Below are positions 18,801 through 27,269 of a stretch of 32,000 bases of DNA, piece after piece. A program made the position numbers and the translations under genes. Source of the DNA: Promethearchaeum syntrophicum (lineage in GTDB: Archaea > Asgardarchaeota > Lokiarchaeia > Sigyniarchaeales > Promethearchaeaceae); contig NZ_CP042905.2 in the NCBI RefSeq assembly GCF_008000775.2, forward strand, positions 570,001 to 602,000, read 5' to 3'. Within the stretch, counting starts at the first letter, position 1; every line of letters begins with the position of its first letter. Under the pieces are notes generated by a model, which made no database searches, was not told the origin of the DNA, and saw only the letters and a list, made by a program, of their open reading frames with translations.

Positions 18801-19493
18801 CTGGTAGATGAACATGTTCATAATCCAAAGGCTAAATTTGGATTAGAAGTCGGTGAAAAAGTCCCTTTTTTTGAAATAAATGATGTAAATGGACAGATTA
18901 TAAATATTGATAAAATGATTTCTCAGCAACCTGTTCTCCTTAACTTTTTTCGAGGGCATTATTGAGTTCCCTGCAAGAAATTTCTATCACTTTTAACCGA
19001 GAATCAAACAAAATTTGATGAAAAAAACGTGTCAGTCTTAGCAATTGCTAGGGACCCGCCAAAAAAATTAAAGAACTTCAAGCATTCAAACAAATTTTCC
19101 ATGCCTATTATTGCCGATATGAAAGGGGATATTGTAAAAAATTATAAAGTTTATACAACTGGAAATATGGTTGACCATGCATTTCTAAAATTTAAACTGG
19201 CAATACCTACAACCTATTTAATCGGCATAAATGGTATAATCACATGGCGCTACGTTGGAACTCGAGAAGATAGACCCAGTATCTCACAAATTTTCCAAGC
19301 GATAGAAGAAAATCTTAATGAACTCAACAAAAGTAAAAAAATATCCACTAATGAAAGATCAACCAAAAACAGTAAACCACTGGTGTTTTACGATTATTTG
19401 GTATGCAGCCAATTATCTTTCATAAAAATGGTGCAGAATTTTTTTTTTAATACATTTTTTTTTTATGTAGAATTCTATAACGATTTTCGTTGA
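18801..19493 (+). CDS. Peroxiredoxin-like (AhpC/TSA, thioredoxin fold) candidate selenoprotein; in-frame TGA at 18963-18965 read as Sec
   Basis: Single frame: LVDEHVHNPKAKFGLEVGEKVPFFEINDVNGQIINIDKMISQQPVLLNFFRGHY[TGA]VPCKKFLSLLTENQTKFDEKNVSVLAIARDPPKKL...IPTTYLIGINGIITWRYVGTREDRPS. GGAGGT at 18787-18792; start is non-ATG (ATT 18795/18798 or CTG 18801). The ORF track only lists the downstream part (19029..19493). Confidence 0.7.
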
Positions 19494-20146
19494 AGAACTA
19501 AAACGGTCACTAAATTTACCAAGAATGTTAATATCAATCCAATGATAAGAGCATAGGCAATTGTGTTAATACTTTCAAAGAAAATTCCTGGTAAGACTGC
19601 AATCAAACTTAATTGATTTCCCAAATATATGGCTAAAATTACTGCCAACATTGTGGAATTTACTAAAATTCCTATTAATATCGATATTGAGCAGGAAATT
19701 GCCATGGCACTTAAACTAATTGTCAATGAATCCCAAACCCCATCTAGTAAGGTTTCAATAGGGATATCTGTTTTTATTAAATCAAGAATAATTCCAATAA
19801 GTACACTCAGAAGCGTTGCAATCATTATGCATAAATAAACAGCAATTAATTTAGCGAACATCAAATTCCAGCGCTTAACTGGCCGAATCAGGAATAAATC
19901 GTATACATGGCGATCTTTTTCCGATACAATTGTAGTACTTATCATAACAGAAGCTAAAGTACCACTTAAAGAAGAGACCATTAATCCTACGAAAATACTA
20001 ATCGGAATGCCTTCAGTATCTGGTTGTAAATAATGGAGGAATAAACTTATCAAGGGCATGCCAATCCATAAGACCACCATCACTTTACTTTTATAAAATC
20101 CCTTGAATTCATCTTTAATTAATAAACTTAGGCTCATTTTATACAT
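19475..20146 (-). CDS. ABC-2 type transporter permease
   Basis: ~6 hydrophobic segments; FYKSKVMVVLWIGMPLISL..., TTIVSEKDRHVYDLFLIRPVKRWNLMFAKLIA; overlaps the downstream-adjacent ATPase gene. Confidence 0.85.
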   Translation of the reverse strand: MYKMSLSLLIKDEFKGFYKSKVMVVLWIGMPLISLFLHYLQPDTEGIPISIFVGLMVSSLSGTLASVMISTTIVSEKDRHVYDLFLIRPVKRWNLMFAKLIAVYLCIMIATLLSVLIGIILDLIKTDIPIETLLDGVWDSLTISLSAMAISCSISILIGILVNSTMLAVILAIYLGNQLSLIAVLPGIFFESINTIAYALIIGLILTFLVNLVTVLVLQRKSL

Positions 20147-21125
20147 CCTCCTTTACATACTGTAAATATACATCTTCTAGAGATGGTTGTAGGAGATTAA
20201 AATTTCGGATAACACACTTATTAGAAACTAATATTTCTAAGATTTCATGTAAGGTGGTATCTAGGTCTGAATCAGAATTTAAAGTAAGAACAAATTTCAA
20301 ATTTCCATGTTGAACTACTTTAGAAACTTGGGGCAATTGATGTAGTATATCACAATCAGGGTTAGTTTCTGAGAGAATAATCTCAATTTCATGTCCAACT
20401 CGGAATTTAGATTGTAATTCTTGAGGTGTTCCAACATTTAAAATTCTTCCATGATTGATGATTGCTATTCGATCGGCTATGTCTTGCACATCACTGAGAA
20501 TATGACTTGAAAGGAATATAGTAATACCTTGTTGGGCTAACTGGAGTATAATTTTCTTCATTTGGTATCGACTACTTGGATCCAAACCACTCATGGGTTC
20601 ATCGAGCACTAAAAAGGTAGGTTTATGCAATAATGCTTGGGCGAGGCGTAATTTTTGTTTCATTCCCCCTGATAAATGAACTATTTTCTTATTTTTAACA
20701 TCATTAAGCCCTACAATTTGTAACACTTCATCAATTCTATTTGGAAGTTTTTGTGGGTCATAACTCGAGAGACGTCCAAGAGTATCCAATAAATGATTCA
20801 CAGTACGCCAAGTTTGAAAACCCACATCTTGGGGAAGATAACCCAGAAATTGATAAATTTCGTTTTGAGTTTTTGAAAGTGGATGACCATAGAGATTGAT
20901 GGTACCTTCAAATTGGCGGATAAGACCTACAATTATTTTCATCGTAGTGGTTTTTCCAGCACCGTTCGGTCCAATATAACCGAGTATTTCTCCTTTTTTA
21001 AGGGTAAAATTTATATCATTCAGAGCAACAAAATATCCGAATTTCTTGCTGATGTTACGCAAATCCAACAAATTTTCATCAGTATGGGATTTTTCTGAAT
21101 GGTCAGTTGAAAGGGGTATTGACAT
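20139..21125 (-). CDS. ABC transporter ATP-binding protein
   Basis: Walker A GYIGPNGAGKTTTMK, signature LSGGMKQKLRLAQAL, Walker B FLVLDEPMSGLDP, H-loop SSHILSDV. Confidence 0.96.
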   Translation of the reverse strand: MSIPLSTDHSEKSHTDENLLDLRNISKKFGYFVALNDINFTLKKGEILGYIGPNGAGKTTTMKIIVGLIRQFEGTINLYGHPLSKTQNEIYQFLGYLPQDVGFQTWRTVNHLLDTLGRLSSYDPQKLPNRIDEVLQIVGLNDVKNKKIVHLSGGMKQKLRLAQALLHKPTFLVLDEPMSGLDPSSRYQMKKIILQLAQQGITIFLSSHILSDVQDIADRIAIINHGRILNVGTPQELQSKFRVGHEIEIILSETNPDCDILHQLPQVSKVVQHGNLKFVLTLNSDSDLDTTLHEILEILVSNKCVIRNFNLLQPSLEDVYLQYVKEDV

Positions 21126-21234
21126 TATAAGCGAAGTTCTCTCCTATGAAGAATTAGTATTGGTAAAATATAAATGAAGATAAAAGTTAGGATAAAAAGT
21201 TAATCTTATAATATTCAAATCAGTAAAGATAGTT

Positions 21235-21759
21235 ATGCGAAAAATAGTATTATATATTGCCTCAAGTCTTGATGGTTATATTGCACGTAAGAATGGTGAA
21301 GTCGATTGGTTGGATGATTTTAACAACACTGGGGATGATTATGGTTATTCTAAATTTTACGAATCTATAGATGTTACATTAATGGGAAATAAAACATATA
21401 AAACCACATTGAGTTTTGGCAAATTTCCATATAAAGATAAAATAAATTATGTGTTTACAAAGCAAAACAAACTTCCTCAAGCAGAATACGTCGAATTTAT
21501 TAATAAAAATATTGTTTCGTTTACAAAAGGCTTAAAAACTCAGAAAGGAAAGGATATTTGGCTTATTGGAGGAGCTCAAATTAATGAATTATTCTTCAAT
21601 AATGAAATTATAGATGAATTGATTCTTTCGGTTATGCCAGTGACTATAAGTAAAGGAATTCCATTATTCACCGAAAGAGTAAAGCAATTAAAATTTAGAT
21701 TAAATAACGAGAAATTTTATGAAAATGGAGTTGTGCAGCTTCATTATTCCATATTATAA
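21235..21759 (+). CDS. DHFR-like / RibD C-terminal domain reductase
   Basis: MRKIVLYIASSLDGYIARKNGEVDWLDDF, LMGNKTYKTTLSF, KGKDIWLIGGAQINELFFNNEIIDELILSVMPVTISKGIPLF. Confidence 0.9.
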   Translation: MRKIVLYIASSLDGYIARKNGEVDWLDDFNNTGDDYGYSKFYESIDVTLMGNKTYKTTLSFGKFPYKDKINYVFTKQNKLPQAEYVEFINKNIVSFTKGLKTQKGKDIWLIGGAQINELFFNNEIIDELILSVMPVTISKGIPLFTERVKQLKFRLNNEKFYENGVVQLHYSIL

Positions 21760-21905
21760 ATATATCCTAAATGTGGAGCTTTAATTGTTTGGAATATATA
21801 ACTGATTTTCAAAGGTTTTTTCTTGCATATATTTTATTGTGCAATTTAGAATAGTTTTTATCCTAATTAATCGTAAAAATTATAACTGCTAGCAATAATG
21901 TAAAT

Positions 21906-23414
21906 ATGATTCTAATGTTGGAATATGATTTAATAGTTGTTGGGAGCGGAGTTGGATTAACTGTTCTTAGCCAAGGATTGCAAATGGGATTAAAATGTGC
22001 GGTTATTGAAGATGCAAAAATGGGTGGAACTTGTTTAACTCGGGGTTGTATCCCAAGTAAAGTCTTAGTTTATCCTGCCGATGTAATTAGAGAAGCGGAA
22101 CAGGCAAAAAAAATTGGGCTTGATATCAAAATTGAAAAAATTAATTGGGAATTAATTTCTGAAAGAATGTGGAGCCAAATTGATGAGAGTAAATCCATCG
22201 AAAATAGTTTATCTCACGCTCAAAATCTGACAATATATCAAGGAGTTGGTGAATTTGTCGGAGATTATGAAATGAAAGTAAGATTAAATAAAAATGGGGA
22301 ATATTCGGAAAAATTTCGAGGAAAGAAAATTGTACTCGCATCAGGGGGGAGATCTTTTATCCCACCAATAGAAGGATTAGATGAAGTTGGATATATTACA
22401 AGTGAAACCTTTTTCGGGCTAAAATTTCCTAAAAAACCATGGGAAAGCCTTATAATAATAGGTGGGGGGGTAATTGCTGCAGAATTTGCCCATATTTTCT
22501 CTGCCATGGGAACAAAAGTCACCATAGTTGAAATGCTTCCTCATTTAGTTTCAACTGAAGAACCAGAAATTAGTGAGATTTTAGAACATAAATTTTCTGA
22601 GTATATGCAAGTTTTATTAAACCTGAAAGCATCAAAAGTTGAAACTAAAAATGGGAAAAAAGTTGTAGAATTGGTGGATTTAAAATCAAATAAAGTATCC
22701 CAGATTAGCGCCGAAGAAATTCTAATTGCGACTGGACGAAGATCTAATGCAGATATTCTCAAAGTAGAAAAATCAGGAATTCAAACTGATAAACGCGGGT
22801 GGATCCTTACAAATGAATACCTTGAAACAAATATATCAAACATTTGGGCAATAGGTGATGCTAATGGGAAATATCAATTCAGACATAAAGCAAACTATGA
22901 TGCTGAAATTTGTACACGAAACATTTTCGGACACGGAAAAAAGAGTGCTGTTGATTATTCAAGCGTTCCATGGGCCATATTTACTTATCCACAGATTGCT
23001 CATGTAGGAATGACTCAAAAAGAATCACTAAAGAAAGGATATCATATTTATTCAGCTGTAAAAACATATTCTACAATTGCTAAGGGATTTGCAATGGGTT
23101 TAGAAGCTGATGACGCGCTTTTTAAATTGATTGTTGACCAAGATTATCGGATACTTGGAGCCCATGCAATTGGACCACATGCAGCTACACTAATTCAACA
23201 GATAGTTTATTTAATGAATGCAGGATACACCTGTCCACATGATGAAGAAGTTGATATTTCAAAAACACTTCCTAAAGCAGCGAATTCTTGTCCTGAAGCG
23301 GGTTCATTCATGCCTATTTATAAATCTATGGTGATACATCCTTCTCTTAATGAGGTAGTTGGTTGGTCTTTAGGAAACTTAAAACCTGTTAATATTTCAG
23401 AACATCACCATTAA
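21906..23414 (+). CDS. Pyridine-nucleotide-disulfide oxidoreductase, dihydrolipoamide dehydrogenase-like
   Basis: DLIVVGSGVGLTVLSQG, redox-active MGGTCLTRGCIPSKVLV, NAD site IIIGGGVIAAEFAHIFSAMGTKVTIVE, C-terminal HPSLNEVV. Confidence 0.92.
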   Translation: MILMLEYDLIVVGSGVGLTVLSQGLQMGLKCAVIEDAKMGGTCLTRGCIPSKVLVYPADVIREAEQAKKIGLDIKIEKINWELISERMWSQIDESKSIENSLSHAQNLTIYQGVGEFVGDYEMKVRLNKNGEYSEKFRGKKIVLASGGRSFIPPIEGLDEVGYITSETFFGLKFPKKPWESLIIIGGGVIAAEFAHIFSAMGTKVTIVEMLPHLVSTEEPEISEILEHKFSEYMQVLLNLKASKVETKNGKKVVELVDLKSNKVSQISAEEILIATGRRSNADILKVEKSGIQTDKRGWILTNEYLETNISNIWAIGDANGKYQFRHKANYDAEICTRNIFGHGKKSAVDYSSVPWAIFTYPQIAHVGMTQKESLKKGYHIYSAVKTYSTIAKGFAMGLEADDALFKLIVDQDYRILGAHAIGPHAATLIQQIVYLMNAGYTCPHDEEVDISKTLPKAANSCPEAGSFMPIYKSMVIHPSLNEVVGWSLGNLKPVNISEHHH

Positions 23415-23451
23415 TTTTTTTATTTCTTGAAATGGACAAATAGAAGATTAT

Positions 23452-23937
23452 TTATTCATTCTGGTTTTTGGCTTTTCGCTCTTTGATTATTAACGCGTTA
23501 TTGATTTTATCCAAAATTTCCTTTGCATGAATCATATCTTGGGGATTCAATGCTTCTAGCACACTTCGAATCTCATCTTTTTGAATTTGAATCACTTTGT
23601 CATAAACTGCATTACCCAATTCAGTTAATATTAATTCTACTTTTCTTCGATCCTTGGGATTCGCTTCCCTTGATATTATATCCTTCTCGACAAGTTGGTC
23701 AATAATTCCTGTTGCTGTTCCTGCTTTGAGTTTAAAATGGTCTGCAAATTCGGTCATTGTAGTTCTTTTATTAGTCCCAATATAGAGGACAATTTGAAAA
23801 TATCTACCGAAGGGATCTCGAAAATTGGTATTTTTCACATACTCAAATAGTTCGGGACGATTAACTACCAATACATCCTTAACTTTATTCATGAGGGTAA
23901 AAAATTTAGTGAGTATCTCATCCTCATCTCGATTCAT
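23452..23937 (-). CDS. MarR-family transcriptional regulator
   Basis: TMTEFADHFKLKAGTATGIIDQLVEKDIISREANPKDRRKVELILTELG winged-helix core. Confidence 0.9.
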   Translation of the reverse strand: MNRDEDEILTKFFTLMNKVKDVLVVNRPELFEYVKNTNFRDPFGRYFQIVLYIGTNKRTTMTEFADHFKLKAGTATGIIDQLVEKDIISREANPKDRRKVELILTELGNAVYDKVIQIQKDEIRSVLEALNPQDMIHAKEILDKINNALIIKERKAKNQNE

Positions 23938-24011
23938 ATTTATATGTAGTCTAATTTATTTATAAATATAATTTATTTTTCGAATAGTTCGGATTCCGAA
24001 GTATTTTTAAA

Positions 24012-24875
24012 GTGGTAATTCTGATAGATCATATCGATTCATATATGACTACAAAAAAAAAAGGTTATGAAACTTCAATTTGGAAAGGAATTTTAAGAAG
24101 TCCAGAAAAAATTCTTGATTCTACAAAAGGTTTTAACCAATTGGGGGAAAAAATACCTCCCAAAAGCATCATATCGATTTCAAATGTAAAAAAAATCTAT
24201 AAGTTGGGAGATGTAAAAGTAAATGCCTTAGATGGGGTCTCCTTCGATATCTTCGAAGGTGAGATTGTGTTTGTTTTAGGTCCCTCTGGATCTGGAAAAA
24301 CAACTTTACTAAATCTAATTGGGGGAATTGATTCCATTTCTGAAGGGGAAATAATTGTATGTGATGACACCTTAAGGGCACTTAGCGCGAAGCAACTGAC
24401 CAAGTATCGCAAAAAACGTCTGGCTTTCGTATTCCAATTTTATTCCTTAATTCCAACTCTTACAGTTGTGGAGAATGTTGAGCTCACAATGGAATTAATG
24501 AAATTTCCTCAGAAAACAATTCGAAAGGAGGCAAAAAAATTTATTGAAATGGTGGGTCTTACAGACCGTCAAAATAATTTTCCCTCTCAACTTTCTGGAG
24601 GGGAGCGTCAGAGGGTAGCAATTGCTCGGGCTTTAGCAAAAGATCCTGATATTTTACTTGTAGATGAACCAACTGGGCAATTAGATCAAGATTCTGGAGT
24701 TAAAATCGTGGATTTGATCAGGACAATTGCTAAAGCTCAAAATAAAACTGTTTTGCTGGTGACTCATGATATTGAAATCCATAAATTTGCTGATCGGGTG
24801 ATTAAACTACGATCAGGAAAAATCATTTCCGATCAATACCTTGAAGGTGGTGTTCCCGTTGAAAGCAATTTATAA
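24012..24875 (+). CDS. ABC transporter ATP-binding protein, LolD/MacB type (start may be ATG at ~24045)
   Basis: VFVLGPSGSGKTTLLNLIGG, LSGGERQRVAIARALAKDPDILLVDEPTGQLDQDSG. Confidence 0.95.
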   Translation: MVILIDHIDSYMTTKKKGYETSIWKGILRSPEKILDSTKGFNQLGEKIPPKSIISISNVKKIYKLGDVKVNALDGVSFDIFEGEIVFVLGPSGSGKTTLLNLIGGIDSISEGEIIVCDDTLRALSAKQLTKYRKKRLAFVFQFYSLIPTLTVVENVELTMELMKFPQKTIRKEAKKFIEMVGLTDRQNNFPSQLSGGERQRVAIARALAKDPDILLVDEPTGQLDQDSGVKIVDLIRTIAKAQNKTVLLVTHDIEIHKFADRVIKLRSGKIISDQYLEGGVPVESNL

Positions 24876-27198
24876 AGCAGTGCTACGGGATATTTATTTT
24901 CATAAAGGAAGGAGTTTTATCACTTTCTTTGCCTTATTCTTAGTGATCGCCTTCCCAATAGCCATGTTCTCTACCGGTGCGTCTATTGAAAATTCAATAA
25001 ACATCACTAATGAAGAATACCATTTAGCTCATATGGATTTATATTTTGGACCAATTCATGAGGATATCACCACAAACATCACCGATACGATAATAGATAC
25101 ATTAGGGGTTTCTCCTGAAAGGGTTCAAGCTCAATTAAATACAAAAACTAAGATATTTCATGAGGAAACTTGGTATTCAGTTCAAACTTTTGGTGTAAAT
25201 CCGAATAAAACGCTTGAGATCAATCAAGTCAAAATCATCGAAGGTAAGTTTGATTTGAAAGCCGGGGAAATCGCTGTTATGGATACTTTTGCTACTCATC
25301 TCAATATTTCAATTGGAGATTCTCTCACTTTAAATTTAGGTAGCCGTAACGAAACATATTCAATAGTTGGATTTATCCAAGCGATTAATTATGTAAGCTA
25401 CGATCTCGTTCAACAAGGTTTCATTTATCTAAATGAAGCCGATTTACGCGATTTAATGGGCTTTCCTGACCAATATTTTAATGAAGTTTTAATATACCTT
25501 TCTGAAGATATTACAGATGAAGAAGTTGAAATATGTTCGATTAATTTACGAGATTATTTCAAGGAAAATCACATTCCTGTTTATTTTTTATGGCATACCC
25601 GCATAGTTTCATACGGTGCAGTACTTTCTGACACATTGAATTTAACATCAAGTTATTTGGCAACTTCAGCAACTCTTATTGTCATTATTGTTGGTATCGT
25701 CATTTTTATCATTACAAAACGTTACGCAATTGAACAGCGAAAACAAACTGGAATGCTCTATTCTTATGGATTCTCTTCTAAAACTATCATGAGTGCCTTC
25801 TTGCTACGGACTTCTGTCTTGTCATTCTTTGCCATGATTTTTGGATCGGTAGCAGGATGGTATCTGCTAAAACTTTTAACTTCATTTCTCGGAAATTTGT
25901 GGGGATTATTAAATGTTTCAGCACTAATAACTGCAGGAACTGTATCAGAAGTCTTACTTTCCACTTTTGGGGTATCTTTATTATTTACTTTCCTCGCTGC
26001 ACGAGAAAATGTTTCTCTTACCCCCTATGAAGCCATACGGGGGAAAATCAAAGAATTTTCTCAAAAAATGAATCTTTCTGTAATGGTTCGATTCCCAATT
26101 CAGCTTAAAGTTCCTATACGAAACGTGTCACGAAATAAAGTTCGAAGTGTTTTAACAGTATTAGCTTTTAGTGGATCAATAATGCTATCCTTCTCTCTCA
26201 TAAACACCCAAACTAATCTAACAGAGACTCAAGAAGATTTTTTCAGCACACTAAATTGGGATGTTCAAACAATATTCAACACCCACGATTACTCAGATTC
26301 TATTTATCTGGAAATGAAAGAAAATGAAGAAATCATAACATGTGAGCCTTTTTTAGAAAGGAATGTACAGTTTTTTGAACAAGTTGAAAAAATTACGATT
26401 TTTCGGGGTATATTATCTAATAGCACTTTAATAGAACTTGATCTCCAAGAAGGACCGGGTTTTTCTGACGAGATCAAGGATGAAGTTATCCTCTCCCAAT
26501 TTAATGCTGACAATTTGGGATATTCTGTTGGGGATAATTGTAGTTTTTGGTTATTTGATCAACAAATTAATGTAACCGTGGTAGGAATAGCTCGAACTAT
26601 GGATTCTCCGTTATTAATGTATATTCAATTAGAAACCCTAGAAGATATATTTGGATTTATGCCGATTAATGGGATGCTGGTAGATGTCGAGGACACAGAA
26701 ATTAATGACTATACTAATGTACTCAATGAAAATTCAGATGTGCAATTTGCTATCAAAAAAGCAAAATTTGAAACCAGAATTCGGAATATTGTGGCTTCAC
26801 AGACTGTGATAGTCAATATTATGGTTGTTCTTGGCTTGATTGTGTCCTTTCTTTCAATTTTCTCAACTACAATAATTATTGTTATTGAACGAGATCGGGA
26901 ATATGCTTTACAACGTGTATTCGGATTTTCAACGTGGCAAATTCTAACCCAAATTTTTCTCGAACTTTCATTCTTGGTTTTGATCGCTTTATTACTCGGT
27001 TATCTTACAGGGAATTATTTGAGCGCTTACTGGAAGAATCTCATCGCTGAAAGCTTCTTCTCAATTAATAATTATTTTATCTGGACGGATTATTTAGTTT
27101 TATTCCTCTTTGCATTAGGGGCTACTATATTTTCATTGTATCCGGAATATCAAACCCTAAAAAAGCAATACTTGGCGGAAGGGATTAAAGAGGAATAA
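24841..27198 (+). CDS. ABC transporter permease with two FtsX-like domains
   Basis: 785 aa, N-terminal TM, two multi-TM blocks (KRYAIEQRKQTGMLYSYGFSSKTIMSAF; ERDREYALQRVFGFSTWQILTQIFLELSF); start overlaps end of the ATPase. Confidence 0.92.
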   Translation: MKVVFPLKAIYKAVLRDIYFHKGRSFITFFALFLVIAFPIAMFSTGASIENSINITNEEYHLAHMDLYFGPIHEDITTNITDTIIDTLGVSPERVQAQLNTKTKIFHEETWYSVQTFGVNPNKTLEINQVKIIEGKFDLKAGEIAVMDTFATHLNISIGDSLTLNLGSRNETYSIVGFIQAINYVSYDLVQQGFIYLNEADLRDLMGFPDQYFNEVLIYLSEDITDEEVEICSINLRDYFKENHIPVYFLWHTRIVSYGAVLSDTLNLTSSYLATSATLIVIIVGIVIFIITKRYAIEQRKQTGMLYSYGFSSKTIMSAFLLRTSVLSFFAMIFGSVAGWYLLKLLTSFLGNLWGLLNVSALITAGTVSEVLLSTFGVSLLFTFLAARENVSLTPYEAIRGKIKEFSQKMNLSVMVRFPIQLKVPIRNVSRNKVRSVLTVLAFSGSIMLSFSLINTQTNLTETQEDFFSTLNWDVQTIFNTHDYSDSIYLEMKENEEIITCEPFLERNVQFFEQVEKITIFRGILSNSTLIELDLQEGPGFSDEIKDEVILSQFNADNLGYSVGDNCSFWLFDQQINVTVVGIARTMDSPLLMYIQLETLEDIFGFMPINGMLVDVEDTEINDYTNVLNENSDVQFAIKKAKFETRIRNIVASQTVIVNIMVVLGLIVSFLSIFSTTIIIVIERDREYALQRVFGFSTWQILTQIFLELSFLVLIALLLGYLTGNYLSAYWKNLIAESFFSINNYFIWTDYLVLFLFALGATIFSLYPEYQTLKKQYLAEGIKEE

Positions 27199-27230
27199 TT
27201 TTTTCTCATTTTGTTTTCCTTTTGGGCTGA

Positions 27231-27244
27231 TATGGCTTAGGCGG
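27231..27244 (+). repeat. 14-nt intergenic motif TATGGCTTAGGCGG, copy 1
   Basis: Identical to 29236/7-29249 (core ATGGCTTAGGCGG plus preceding T/CT), in the gap 3' of the ThDP enzyme. Confidence 0.7.
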
Positions 27245-27269
27245 AAAATATATATAACCGAAAAAAGAA

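Noticed and set aside
18963-18965. Simple pseudogene reading of the peroxiredoxin-like gene
   Set aside because: Not excluded, but down-weighted: a single TGA exactly at the catalytic Cys position with intact sequence on both sides favours recoding. Kept as the main alternative because the start codon is also non-standard.
19392-19417. Hairpin considered as a SECIS element
   Set aside because: Lacks the GAA/A internal-loop layout of archaeal SECIS and lies inside the frame; cannot be supported by eye.
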